A DNA stretch of 56,982 nucleotides from a virus (Duplodnaviria > Caudoviricetes), in IMG/VR virus record IMGVR_UViG_3300045118_000170, positions 1-56,982 of that record, one strand, 5' to 3'. The position numbers were made by a program, and so were the translations under genes. Every line of letters starts with the position of its first letter. Within the stretch, counting starts at the first letter, position 1. Shown here piece after piece: positions 43,264 through 51,139 of this stretch. The notes below the pieces were generated by a model. It worked only from the letters and a program-made list of their open reading frames with translations. It did no database searches and had not been told where the DNA came from.

Positions 43264-43467
43264 GTGACCCCTCCCTTCGCTTTGCTTCTTCTTGCCGCCA
43301 GGCTTCGACATGCTGCCAGGCTTCAATCGCTATCCGATAATCTGTAGTTACTTGCTGGTGTGCCTCGACATAGGCTTGCCAGGCGACTAGGTAGCAGTTC
43401 CAACGAGAAGCTTCTTCATGGTGTCCCCTTTGGTTGTGTCCGCCCCGTGTCCGCGTTTACTGACGGA

Positions 43468-43620
43468 TTAGCCGTGCCTAATGGTTTCCATGTATCGCTG
43501 CCAGGCTTCATCGGAACGTCGCCTTGCCTCCTCACACGCGAGCCGAGCTTCGTTATACCGTTGTTTGGCCGCTTGATACGCTTGCTTTGCCAGGCTAATC
43601 GACTCTTTTGAGCTTTTCAT
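43468..43620 (-). CDS. First gene of the leftward arm; small helical protein (not in ORF track)
   Basis: RBS GAGAGG; MKSSKESISLAKQAYQAAKQRYNEARLACEEARRRSDEAWQRYMETIRHG. Confidence 0.55.
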   Translation of the reverse strand: MKSSKESISLAKQAYQAAKQRYNEARLACEEARRRSDEAWQRYMETIRHG

Positions 43621-43661
43621 GTTGTCCTCTCTGTGTCCACGTTCGCCTCTACTTTAAAGGA

Positions 43662-43677
43662 TGCAATCCCCTTGCCA
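43662..43677 (-). promoter_or_regulatory. Sigma54 (-24/-12) promoter for the leftward arm
   Basis: Minus strand TGGCAAGGGGATTGCA, 41 nt upstream of ATG 43620. Confidence 0.7.
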
Positions 43678-43711
43678 CCTAATTGAAAATATCCACAACC
43701 AGGTTATAACA

Positions 43712-43724
43712 TAACTGCTTGATT
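43712..43724 (-). promoter_or_regulatory. IHF binding site
   Basis: Minus strand AATCAAGCAGTTA matches WATCAANNNNTTR exactly. Confidence 0.65.
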
Positions 43725-43765
43725 TTCCTGTGCAGGCAAAAAGTATGCCTATCAATAACCGACTG

Positions 43766-43806
43766 AGGACCGCAAATTGTCGTCACAGGACCGCAAATTG
43801 CGTCAC
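43766..43806. repeat. Tandem 21/20-bp repeat; candidate enhancer (UAS)
   Basis: AGGACCGCAAATTG(T)CGTCAC x2, with core palindrome CGCAAATTGCG in the second copy. Confidence 0.75.
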
Positions 43807-43873
43807 CGTATCTTAATGGATACCACTTAACACGTAGTCCTACGGTACGCGGCGATCTCCAAGCTGGGCGCGG

Positions 43874-43889
43874 TGGCACGGCGTTTGCT
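43874..43889 (+). promoter_or_regulatory. Sigma54 consensus site
   Basis: TGGCACGGCGTTTGCT. Confidence 0.6.
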
Positions 43890-43919
43890 CTTGTCGAAGG
43901 GCGGGGTGTGGTTTCTACG

Positions 43920-43935
43920 TGCAAGGTTCGTGCCC
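43920..43935 (-). promoter_or_regulatory. Sigma54 consensus site
   Basis: Minus strand GGGCACGAACCTTGCA. Confidence 0.55.
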
Positions 43936-43941
43936 GACGAC

Positions 43942-44018
43942 GTATCTAAGTAGATACACGGGTTACGGGTATGTACCTAATTGGATACAGCGCCCAGCTT
44001 CTGTATCTAAGTAGATAC
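43942..44018. repeat. Three phased 16-bp palindromic operators GTATCTA-NN-TAGATAC
   Basis: 43942-43957, 43973-43988, 44003-44018 (31 and 30 bp spacing); further copy at 43808-43823. Confidence 0.8.
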
Positions 44019-44025
44019 ACCACGT

Positions 44026-44041
44026 TGGCACGCAATTTGCT
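44026..44041 (+). promoter_or_regulatory. Sigma54 consensus site
   Basis: TGGCACGCAATTTGCT. Confidence 0.6.
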
Positions 44042-44194
44042 TCCAGGGGTGGTGGTTCACAAATAGTGGTGAGGCCAAGCACGGGCCGGACCCTTTGCGT
44101 AAGGGGTGGGGGTGGCGTAAGGGGTGGGGGGTAGACAAGGGGGTAGCCAGGGGGGTATGGAGCGACCTCCTGGGGTCAATTGACACTCAAGCGC

Positions 44195-44223
44195 TTGACA
44201 TGGGAAACCGAAGAACATATACT
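44195..44223 (+). promoter_or_regulatory. Sigma70 promoter
   Basis: TTGACA-17nt-TATACT. Confidence 0.75.
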
Positions 44224-44228
44224 GCCTA

Positions 44229-44290
44229 AACGACTCCCCACCTGGCTTCGGGCAGGTGGCGTAGGGGCTCCTTTGGGAGCCCTTGCTTTA
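44229..44290 (+). ncRNA. Candidate small structured RNA/attenuator
   Basis: Two hairpins, with cUUCGg and cUUUGg loops, directly after a strong promoter and followed by a U-rich tail. Confidence 0.4.
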
Positions 44291-44340
44291 TGTGCTCCTC
44301 ACCATGCCCCCTTATCCATCCCTCAACCTGCTCTAGGGGC

Positions 44341-44369
44341 TTGACAAATCGAGGGGATACCTGTACAGT
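44341..44369 (+). promoter_or_regulatory. Sigma70 promoter for the rightward arm
   Basis: TTGACA-17nt-TACAGT, then GGAGG and GTG 44390. Confidence 0.7.
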
Positions 44370-44389
44370 GCTGGGAGGGGGGAGGCGAC

Positions 44390-44821
44390 GTGACCTCGGA
44401 CGCAATGCTGGAGCGAGCTATCTTTGCCGCGTTGATGCATCACCACGGCCAGCGCGATAAGTCTGGAGAACCAATCATCCTCCATCCCTTAACGGTAATG
44501 GCGAACGTCGAAGGCCACGTAAGAAAAGCCATTGCCGTCCTCCATGATGTTGTAGAAGATACCGATTTGACTCTCGCCCAGTTGCGGGAAATGGAGTTCC
44601 CGGTCGAGGTGGTGGAGGGAGTGGATCGCTTGACCCGTCGTCCGGGCGAGTCTTACCATGCCGCGTTACAACGTGCGAAGGAGCACGAGGACTCCAAAGC
44701 CGTGAAAATCGCGGACGTGCGCCATAACCTGTCGCGGGGGTCTCAGTTACCACAAAAAGAACAGGAGTCGTTGCAACGCCGCTACCAACAAGCGCTTGTG
44801 TTCTTGGAGGGGGAGGAGTAG
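44390..44821 (+). CDS. HD-domain phosphohydrolase (RelA/SpoT hydrolase/Mesh1-like)
   Basis: 'HHGQRDKSGEP.ILHP', 'AVLHDVVEDT', 'VKIAD.RHNL'. Confidence 0.85.
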   Translation: MTSDAMLERAIFAALMHHHGQRDKSGEPIILHPLTVMANVEGHVRKAIAVLHDVVEDTDLTLAQLREMEFPVEVVEGVDRLTRRPGESYHAALQRAKEHEDSKAVKIADVRHNLSRGSQLPQKEQESLQRRYQQALVFLEGEE

Positions 44822-44825
44822 AACG

Positions 44826-45152
44826 ATGTTGGACCCCGACGATACGAGCGATAACCACCCATCGAACCTCAATGTTCGAGCACAGTTTGAACAGGCCAAG
44901 CTCTATGAGCGCCTACGTCCTTCCATCGACGGGCAGGGCTTGTGCTTTCGCTGTACCAACTCCTTGATTACGAAACGCCGCACGAAGAACGAGCCGACTA
45001 TCTTTTGCCATGAAGCCCGACAACCCATGCCACCCGACATCGAGCAATGTAACAAGTTTCAACCACGGGGGCAGTTGAACATTTGGGATTTGGCGCAACT
45101 CTGCCGCATCATTGAGGTCCAACCGGCGTCGGAACGGGGAGGGTATCGATGA
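44826..45152 (+). CDS. Cys-rich hypothetical protein
   Basis: 'GLCFRC..FC..QCNKF'. Confidence 0.6.
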   Translation: MLDPDDTSDNHPSNLNVRAQFEQAKLYERLRPSIDGQGLCFRCTNSLITKRRTKNEPTIFCHEARQPMPPDIEQCNKFQPRGQLNIWDLAQLCRIIEVQPASERGGYR

Positions 45153-45379
45153 ACCATCCAGAACTATTGCGTGTTGTTGTCCGACGACTTAGCTACCCAA
45201 GTGCGCGAGCTTTCAAGGCCGCGAAGCGCCGAGAACTCCGTCAACTTGAAAAGGCCCTCTCCCTGTTTCGGTTCGGCTGTGCTGGGTGTCCATCCCCCGC
45301 CTCGTCCTTTGTTCGCTCGTTTCAAGGCCAACTAGACCGTCTGAAACAAACCTTGTCCGTTCGTCAGTGGGGGCGTTGA
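45149..45379 (+). CDS. Small basic protein
   Basis: ATGA coupling, RBS GGGAGG. Confidence 0.55.
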   Translation: MNHPELLRVVVRRLSYPSARAFKAAKRRELRQLEKALSLFRFGCAGCPSPASSFVRSFQGQLDRLKQTLSVRQWGR

Positions 45380-45780
45380 CGGTGTGGTTGGTGCTCCCTG
45401 GACAATGCCCGTCAGGGAAAAACGCCGTACAAATCACCCGCACGGGGCATCGCTATCCAACCAAGCGGTTTACGACGTGGCGGGAAGCGTCATTAAGTGC
45501 CATCAAGGAGCAAGTAGAGCAGGTCAAGGCCAACGTGGGGCACCCGATGGAACGACATCTGCATGGCCCGCCGTATTCCCTCCATGTCTCGTATTGGCCG
45601 GGGGACTTGCGCCGCCGGGACGTTCCTGGTATGCTGGATGCGGTGTTTCATGTGTTGGAACGTGCCTGTCTTGTGGAGGACGACGCGCACATTACCCACG
45701 TCCAATGGACGACGGAGGCTGTGGATCGCACAACACCACGAGTGGAATTGCGGTTGGTCTCGATTCGAGGGGAGGAGTAA
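45376..45780 (+). CDS. rusA: RusA-like Holliday junction resolvase
   Basis: 'PSGKN', 'DLRRRDVPGMLDAVFHVL..LVEDDAHI', 'PRVEL'; start inferred. Confidence 0.8.
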   Translation: MTVWLVLPGQCPSGKNAVQITRTGHRYPTKRFTTWREASLSAIKEQVEQVKANVGHPMERHLHGPPYSLHVSYWPGDLRRRDVPGMLDAVFHVLERACLVEDDAHITHVQWTTEAVDRTTPRVELRLVSIRGEE

Positions 45781-46265
45781 CCGCCATGTTGACGACTTTT
45801 GGCCTCGGCTTTGTGGTCGGCTTCCTAACCATGTTTGGCGTGTGGTGTATGCTGGAGTACACGCGGAGGTAGGCGATGTGGACCTGGCATGACGGCGTGA
45901 CCCTGGGGTTTTGGTTTACGATTGGCGGGAGTGTTGCGACCCTTTTTACCCTTGTGGCCCTCCGTATTGTAACGAGCCTGTTCGACTGTATCTTGGCGTG
46001 GTTAAAGACGGAAGTGCCTCCCTCCACGAACGACGAACCTTAGAGGCCGACACATGGCGCGACGGTGCCGACATCAGTGGCGGTACTCACACGGCGTCCT
46101 CGACCGGCGGAAGCGCGTCCCGTTTACCGTGGTCGTCGTGCGGTATTGCGCCGACTGTCAACGGCGAGAGGTGTCCAGAACGCAAATATGGACAAAAGCG
46201 CGTGGCGATCATGCCCTCCCGTTCCACTATGGGCCGAGTTTTCCCATCGTTGAGTTAGCGGGCTG

Positions 46266-47111
46266 ATGCAACTCCTAGAACACACTATCCTCGTCCCAAA
46301 CTACACCACGACGGTCTCAGTATTCCCATTTGCCTGTGTCCACAAAGATTCCGACGGCCATTCGAGCCACCATTGGCAGGCGTTTCTTGATGAGGTACGC
46401 AGTACCACCTATGCCGTTGCACCGGGCTTGGGCGATTACCACGACTGGCTCCGCACCCATGCCCGCGAGTTTCTCCGCCAGTACCCCCACGACAAGAACA
46501 GTTTTCAACGCCTCCACGATTGGCGGCATCAGATGACCGAGCAATTCGCACGAGAACTCGAACCCATCAAGGACAAAATCCCGTTCCTGTCCCTCGGCAA
46601 CCATCACCACGACTATGCAGACGGCACCAACGACGTGCAAGAACTCTGTCGGTTGTTGGGCGTGCCCTATGGCGGCGTCGGCGGGTTCTTGCGCCTCCGT
46701 ATCTGCTTAAAAGAGCGCCCGACGATGGCTTTTATCGTCTTGAATATCCTTTATCACCACGGCACAAGGATCGGGATGGGCTCCACGATGGGCGGCGATG
46801 TCAACGCGATGGTCAAGAAGGCCGAAGCCTGGGACTTCGATGCCTTGATCGTCGCGCATAATCACAAAAAACACGGCGTCCACATCCCGCTCGTCGGCGT
46901 GCCTAAGCGAGGGCGGATGCAGTTGATCGAGCGCCCGAAAGCCTACATCCGGGCTGGGTGTTTCATGCGCGGCTACGTGAAGGATTGCGTCACCTACGCC
47001 GAGGAAGCCGGGTTGATGAACCCAACCGCCATTGGGCATGTCCGGTGGGATATTATACCGAAGCGGCGGGAGAATGACCAGATTGGGTACGAGTTTAAGA
47101 TGACGTATTAG
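46266..47111 (+). CDS. Calcineurin-like metallophosphoesterase
   Basis: 'GLGDY.D', 'LGNHH', 'YHHG', 'VAHNH'; first motif reads ACVH instead of D.H. Confidence 0.8.
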   Translation: MQLLEHTILVPNYTTTVSVFPFACVHKDSDGHSSHHWQAFLDEVRSTTYAVAPGLGDYHDWLRTHAREFLRQYPHDKNSFQRLHDWRHQMTEQFARELEPIKDKIPFLSLGNHHHDYADGTNDVQELCRLLGVPYGGVGGFLRLRICLKERPTMAFIVLNILYHHGTRIGMGSTMGGDVNAMVKKAEAWDFDALIVAHNHKKHGVHIPLVGVPKRGRMQLIERPKAYIRAGCFMRGYVKDCVTYAEEAGLMNPTAIGHVRWDIIPKRRENDQIGYEFKMTY

Positions 47112-47122
47112 GAAGGTGAAGG

Positions 47123-47317
47123 ATGTCAAAGGATGAGGATGTCCAGCGTCTTGCGGCTCATGTCGTTGAACGCCTCGGCGACAGCGATGAACTCCTGGAC
47201 TTTCTGTGGGCGTTGGAGTATGCGCCGACGGTGTTCCGACGCGCCGCGATTGAAGGGGCGAGAAAACACCGCGATTGGGTTGTGACCTCTCTAATTACCA
47301 AAGGGAAACTTCCATGA
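47123..47317 (+). CDS. Hypothetical protein
   Basis: RBS and coupling with the next ORF. Confidence 0.55.
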   Translation: MSKDEDVQRLAAHVVERLGDSDELLDFLWALEYAPTVFRRAAIEGARKHRDWVVTSLITKGKLP

Positions 47318-47574
47318 ATCGGTGGCTTCGCTACCAACGCGGACCTTTGATCGTTCACCTAGCCATTCAATCCCCTTATTGGGAGTGGCTCATCGGCGTT
47401 CGCGTGTCTCGTAAACCAGGACATCGGGGAGGACAGGTGATGTGCGGTCTTGGTCCTGCGCTCTCCCTGTCGGTGGACTGGCATCCAACAAATCGCCAGA
47501 TTCACTTAGACGGGTTGCGGATGGTCACGGCGACGGAGGAATCAAGAAGCGGCGATCAAAGGAGAAATCCCTGA
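47314..47574 (+). CDS. Hypothetical protein
   Basis: ATGA coupling. Confidence 0.5.
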   Translation: MNRWLRYQRGPLIVHLAIQSPYWEWLIGVRVSRKPGHRGGQVMCGLGPALSLSVDWHPTNRQIHLDGLRMVTATEESRSGDQRRNP

Positions 47575-48389
47575 AGCCGTATTATGATGAGGGGGGTATC
47601 GTATTCTACCTGGGGGACGCCCGCGAGGTGATGCAAGATGTCGGCTCTGCTGACATGGTGTTCACGGACCCTCCGTATGGACATAACAACAACAACAACG
47701 GAGACCTCGCTCACAGATGGGAGCACGCCCTCGGTCTCCTTCCATCTGGGACAGGGAGTTCACCCCTTCCTCGCCCAATTGCGAATGATGGAGCGGAGGC
47801 GAATGAACTCGCGCGTTGGCTCTTTTTGACGGCCTCCAAGGTGCTCAAGCCGGGCGCTTGCTGCTGCTGCTGCGGCGGCGGCGGCGGCCCCGACCCGCAA
47901 TTCGCCCGTTGGTCGCTCTGGATGGATGAAGTGCTCGACTTCAAGCAAATGGTTGTCTGGGATAAAGGCCCAATGGGAATGGGGTGGCACTATCGGCGCA
48001 GCTATGAGACCATCCTTGTCGGCCAGGTGCCGGGCGTGAAGTGCCGCTGGTTTGATACCACCCACAAAGTCGAGAATGTGATTCGCACGATCCCGAAAAT
48101 CATCCCGACGAAGCACCAGCATCCGACCGCGAAACCACCAGCCTTGGCCGCATATTTCATCCGGCTCCACTCACAACCCGGAGACATCGTGCTTGATCCT
48201 TTTATGGGGGCTGGAAGTACGGCGGAAGCCGCTCAACATCTAGGGCGGAAGTTTGTCGGCATTGAGATCGAGGAACGGTATTTAGCAATGGCCGTTGAGC
48301 GCGTCAACAAGACGCGCCCCGCCGACCTCGGCCCTCCACCCACAGAGAAATCGGAGGACCAGCACGGCTCAACAAGGGCCGATAGCTGA
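47571..48389 (+). CDS. Beta-class N6-A/N4-C DNA methyltransferase
   Basis: 'FTDPPYG' (motif IV) before 'HPTAKP' and 'VLDPFMGAGST' (motif I); CTG start inferred. Confidence 0.9.
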   Translation: MKPYYDEGGIVFYLGDAREVMQDVGSADMVFTDPPYGHNNNNNGDLAHRWEHALGLLPSGTGSSPLPRPIANDGAEANELARWLFLTASKVLKPGACCCCCGGGGGPDPQFARWSLWMDEVLDFKQMVVWDKGPMGMGWHYRRSYETILVGQVPGVKCRWFDTTHKVENVIRTIPKIIPTKHQHPTAKPPALAAYFIRLHSQPGDIVLDPFMGAGSTAEAAQHLGRKFVGIEIEERYLAMAVERVNKTRPADLGPPPTEKSEDQHGSTRADS

Positions 48390-48398
48390 GGGAGGCTG

Positions 48399-48644
48399 AT
48401 GAACATGGATGCGTTTCATTTCGCCGGTGAACCGATTGCGGACCCGCATGCGTGGGCGAAAGCCCGTGGCGAGCAGATGGTCCAGTACGCGCTTGTCTTT
48501 ATCCTGTATGACAAGACGAATGAACGCGAACTGCGCCACATCGTCGAAGGCGAGATGCCCGCCTCGTTCTATGAAGCCTTGTGTGCGAAAAAGAGTGCCT
48601 TTCAGTATTTTTCTTACCATGAAGTGGAGCGGCGAGACCCCTAA
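48399..48644 (+). CDS. Hypothetical protein
   Basis: RBS GGGAGG. Confidence 0.55.
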   Translation: MNMDAFHFAGEPIADPHAWAKARGEQMVQYALVFILYDKTNERELRHIVEGEMPASFYEALCAKKSAFQYFSYHEVERRDP

Positions 48645-48670
48645 TTCGCGGCTCCTGCCAGGAGGGAATA

Positions 48671-48937
48671 ATGGCTCGGCGCACCCACATGCGTTCGCAG
48701 AACGGCCAAATACGCAGGTTGAAGGACCTCATTGCGAAGTTGGAGGAGCAGGTTAAGGGGATTGTGTGCGAGGTTTGTTGGACAACATCATGGATACCAA
48801 TACCGACAAAGAAGGAAGCCGATGGTGTAAATACAAAAACCGATCCAAATGGGGACTTAGCGCGGTGCGATTATTGTTGGTTGGAGCATCAACTCATCAA
48901 ACAGCGTGGGGCGGCACGGGGGCCACATGCCGATTAA
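48671..48937 (+). CDS. Coiled-coil + Zn-ribbon protein
   Basis: CEVC ... CDYC. Confidence 0.6.
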   Translation: MARRTHMRSQNGQIRRLKDLIAKLEEQVKGIVCEVCWTTSWIPIPTKKEADGVNTKTDPNGDLARCDYCWLEHQLIKQRGAARGPHAD

Positions 48938-49172
48938 GAAACCTAAGGACAAAGTAAAATCGACCCCCTACGAGTGGCGGTGTGGCCGGTTGCGAGTGCT
49001 TCCGTGGCAGGAGTGGACGCCGTGGTTTGACCGGCGCTCCTATAACTGGCTCGGTCTGCACATGGCGCTGGTGCATGTGGAGTACGCCAGCTACAAAGAA
49101 GCGGCTGAGATCAACCTGTGTTTGTTCGGGTTTGGGGTGTGCATCGAGTGGCAGTTTGGGCCGTCCTCTTGA
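48927..49172 (+). CDS. Aromatic-rich hypothetical protein
   Basis: Overlap-coupled ORF. Confidence 0.5.
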   Translation: MPIKKPKDKVKSTPYEWRCGRLRVLPWQEWTPWFDRRSYNWLGLHMALVHVEYASYKEAAEINLCLFGFGVCIEWQFGPSS

Positions 49173-49197
49173 CAGACGCCCGTTCCCGTCTTACAAT
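49169..49197 (+). promoter_or_regulatory. Sigma70 promoter for the packaging/lysis module
   Basis: TTGACA-17nt-TACAAT. Confidence 0.7.
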
Positions 49198-49221
49198 ACC
49201 CATGACCACGAGGAAACCCCG

Positions 49222-49926
49222 ATGGCGACGACCCCGGTACACGACCACCAAACGCCTCCGCTGGCTCCGCGAAGAAGGGTGGGTGCCGCTACCCGAAGCC
49301 GCCCGGTCGTTGCACCTCCGCTCACGCCACCTGCTGCCCCTGTGGAGGGACCTGCACTTCCCGCTGTACCACTATCGCGGCCACGATCTCGTCGGAAGCC
49401 GATTCCGCAAGCATTGGCAACAAACGACCCTCAACCCCAGCAACTACGTCCTGCACACGACGCACCTCCTTCTCCTGTATACGCTGATTCTGCGGTATCA
49501 CTGGAAGCAGGACGCCCGCTTGCTCCGTATGGTGATGGAGCCCACCCGACCGTTATCCCCGCCCTTCCCGTTACCAATCTCCGAGGCTCTGTACGCCAAA
49601 TTCTTGCGGCGGTATCCCCACTACTCCTCCAAGGTACATTCGCTAGTGTCAACAAGTTCTTTGAGATGGCTGAGGAGGCGAAACAACGGGACGACTACAC
49701 CCTCCAGTACCTCAACTCCGTCGCAGGGTCCAAGCTCCAAACGAAATTGGTCGAGTTCACGGTCGGGAAAACGCTCCACGTCAACGCGACGGTAAGGAAT
49801 CAAATGGACCTCCCCCGGTGGGATGCGCTCCCGAAGGAAACCCGCGAGCAACTCGACGCGATTCTGACTTCGGCGCACGCCCCCACGGGCGAGGTCATCG
49901 ACGTAGAACCGATTTTTGGAGGGTAG
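49222..49926 (+). CDS. Putative terminase small subunit
   Basis: Own promoter; disordered N-terminus, helical core, C-terminal 'LHVNATV..GEVIDVEP' tail typical of TerS; positional inference. Confidence 0.45.
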   Translation: MATTPVHDHQTPPLAPRRRVGAATRSRPVVAPPLTPPAAPVEGPALPAVPLSRPRSRRKPIPQALATNDPQPQQLRPAHDAPPSPVYADSAVSLEAGRPLAPYGDGAHPTVIPALPVTNLRGSVRQILAAVSPLLLQGTFASVNKFFEMAEEAKQRDDYTLQYLNSVAGSKLQTKLVEFTVGKTLHVNATVRNQMDLPRWDALPKETREQLDAILTSAHAPTGEVIDVEPIFGG

Positions 49927-49936
49927 GGCGACTAGC

Positions 49937-50278
49937 ATGGTGCGACGTTCGACCGGTTCCTTTCAGGTAGGGGATTTGGTAGTGCCGGGGGATGCTCCAG
50001 CTACTATTGTGGAGGTGTTAAGGGCCGATCATCACTGCTACGGGCGCGTATTGGTTGGAGGGATCGGGCATAGAGGGGCAGTAGAGGACGAGACGGTGCA
50101 TCAAGATGCCCGTATTTGGGATGACCAGGGGAGGCCACGTGCTTGGTATCTTCTAAGCGGCTTACGCCCTCTCCCTGTTTCGATGTACTTCCAACGACGT
50201 GCCGAAATCGAAAAAGGGAGAAGCCAGTATCTTCTCACAGCGGAAGGACAGCCTCGTGACCAGCCTGAAACAACTTAA
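49937..50278 (+). CDS. SH3/KOW-like paralog family member (late arm)
   Basis: SFQVGDLVV ... LRPLPVSMYF. Confidence 0.6.
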   Translation: MVRRSTGSFQVGDLVVPGDAPATIVEVLRADHHCYGRVLVGGIGHRGAVEDETVHQDARIWDDQGRPRAWYLLSGLRPLPVSMYFQRRAEIEKGRSQYLLTAEGQPRDQPETT

Positions 50279-50501
50279 ACGGGATGTCGCGGCGTTGTCG
50301 AAGCGCGTCGAGGCGCTCACGGTGCAAATTGCCGAGTTGGAGGGGCGTGTTGAGGCTCCTCCCCCGGTTCACCAGCGAAATACATCGACGTATTGGCCTC
50401 GGTATGCTGTAGACGATCAAACGCCGTCTACCCGGTGGTGGACCGTGTGGAACGGACCAAAAAAGCCACTCAATTCAACATTCTGGCACACCTGCGACTA
50501 G
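50256..50501 (+). CDS. Coiled-coil hypothetical protein
   Basis: Heptad 'LKRDVAALSKRVEALTVQIAELEGRV'. Confidence 0.55.
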   Translation: MTSLKQLKRDVAALSKRVEALTVQIAELEGRVEAPPPVHQRNTSTYWPRYAVDDQTPSTRWWTVWNGPKKPLNSTFWHTCD

Positions 50502-50513
50502 GGATGGACGTGC

Positions 50514-50936
50514 ATGCGCTTTAGCCGTTACCAAGACGGGTCGTTGCTGATTGAGGTGAACTTCGCCCCGTTCAAGCTCGCCTGGGTCGGCGCTCCGCTA
50601 GAGGACCGTTGTGTGCTGGACGACCATCGCCCGGCGGTGCGCCGAGCCGACGACATCGGAGTCTCCTACACCACCCTCCATCCCCTGGTGTGGGATCGTG
50701 TGAAGGGGCAAATGAAAACCCTGCTGAATAAGGGGCGTCCGCTTGAACCGCTCGCCCGTGCAAAACGTTGCGCCGCGTGCGGGACCGAACTCCAAGTCGC
50801 CCGCGAGTTCGAGCAGGTCTGGACGATGCGCTGCCCTCGGTGTACCTCCCTTGCGGTCCTTGGCAAAGCCGAGGTCGGCGGGACCATTGGAGCCGGTGAC
50901 AAGGAAGCGCTCCCCGATAGGCGGCGAGAGGTCTAG
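50514..50936 (+). CDS. Zn-ribbon protein
   Basis: CAAC ... CPRC. Confidence 0.6.
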   Translation: MRFSRYQDGSLLIEVNFAPFKLAWVGAPLEDRCVLDDHRPAVRRADDIGVSYTTLHPLVWDRVKGQMKTLLNKGRPLEPLARAKRCAACGTELQVAREFEQVWTMRCPRCTSLAVLGKAEVGGTIGAGDKEALPDRRREV

Positions 50937-50941
50937 CCCGT

Positions 50942-51139
50942 ATGAAATTCCCGGTGCAAGCAGAAGTACGTGAGGATGTTCAGCATGCCCATCAGTTATT
51001 GGCCCTCTGCGTCTCGAAGCTGCGTGGAGGTCGCGCCCTAAAACCGGGTGAAGAAGTGCTCCAATATAACCGCTTGCGGGAAGCCGTGGCGATTCTCGAC
51101 GGCTTCTTGCGGGTTACGAAAGGGAAGGAGACCCAGTGA
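50942..51139 (+). CDS. Hypothetical protein
   Basis: Helical ORF with RBS. Confidence 0.55.
   Translation: MKFPVQAEVREDVQHAHQLLALCVSKLRGGRALKPGEEVLQYNRLREAVAILDGFLRVTKGKETQ

Noticed and set aside
43942-44018. Mini CRISPR array from three palindromic repeats
   Set aside because: Repeats are only 16 bp with 14-15 bp spacers and no cas operon; the phasing fits protein operators better
49118-49795. Overlapping 225-aa alternative frame within the TerS candidate
   Set aside because: ATG 49202 lies only 4 nt after the -10 box with no SD, and the product is Arg/Leu-rich like a shadow frame; not fully excluded
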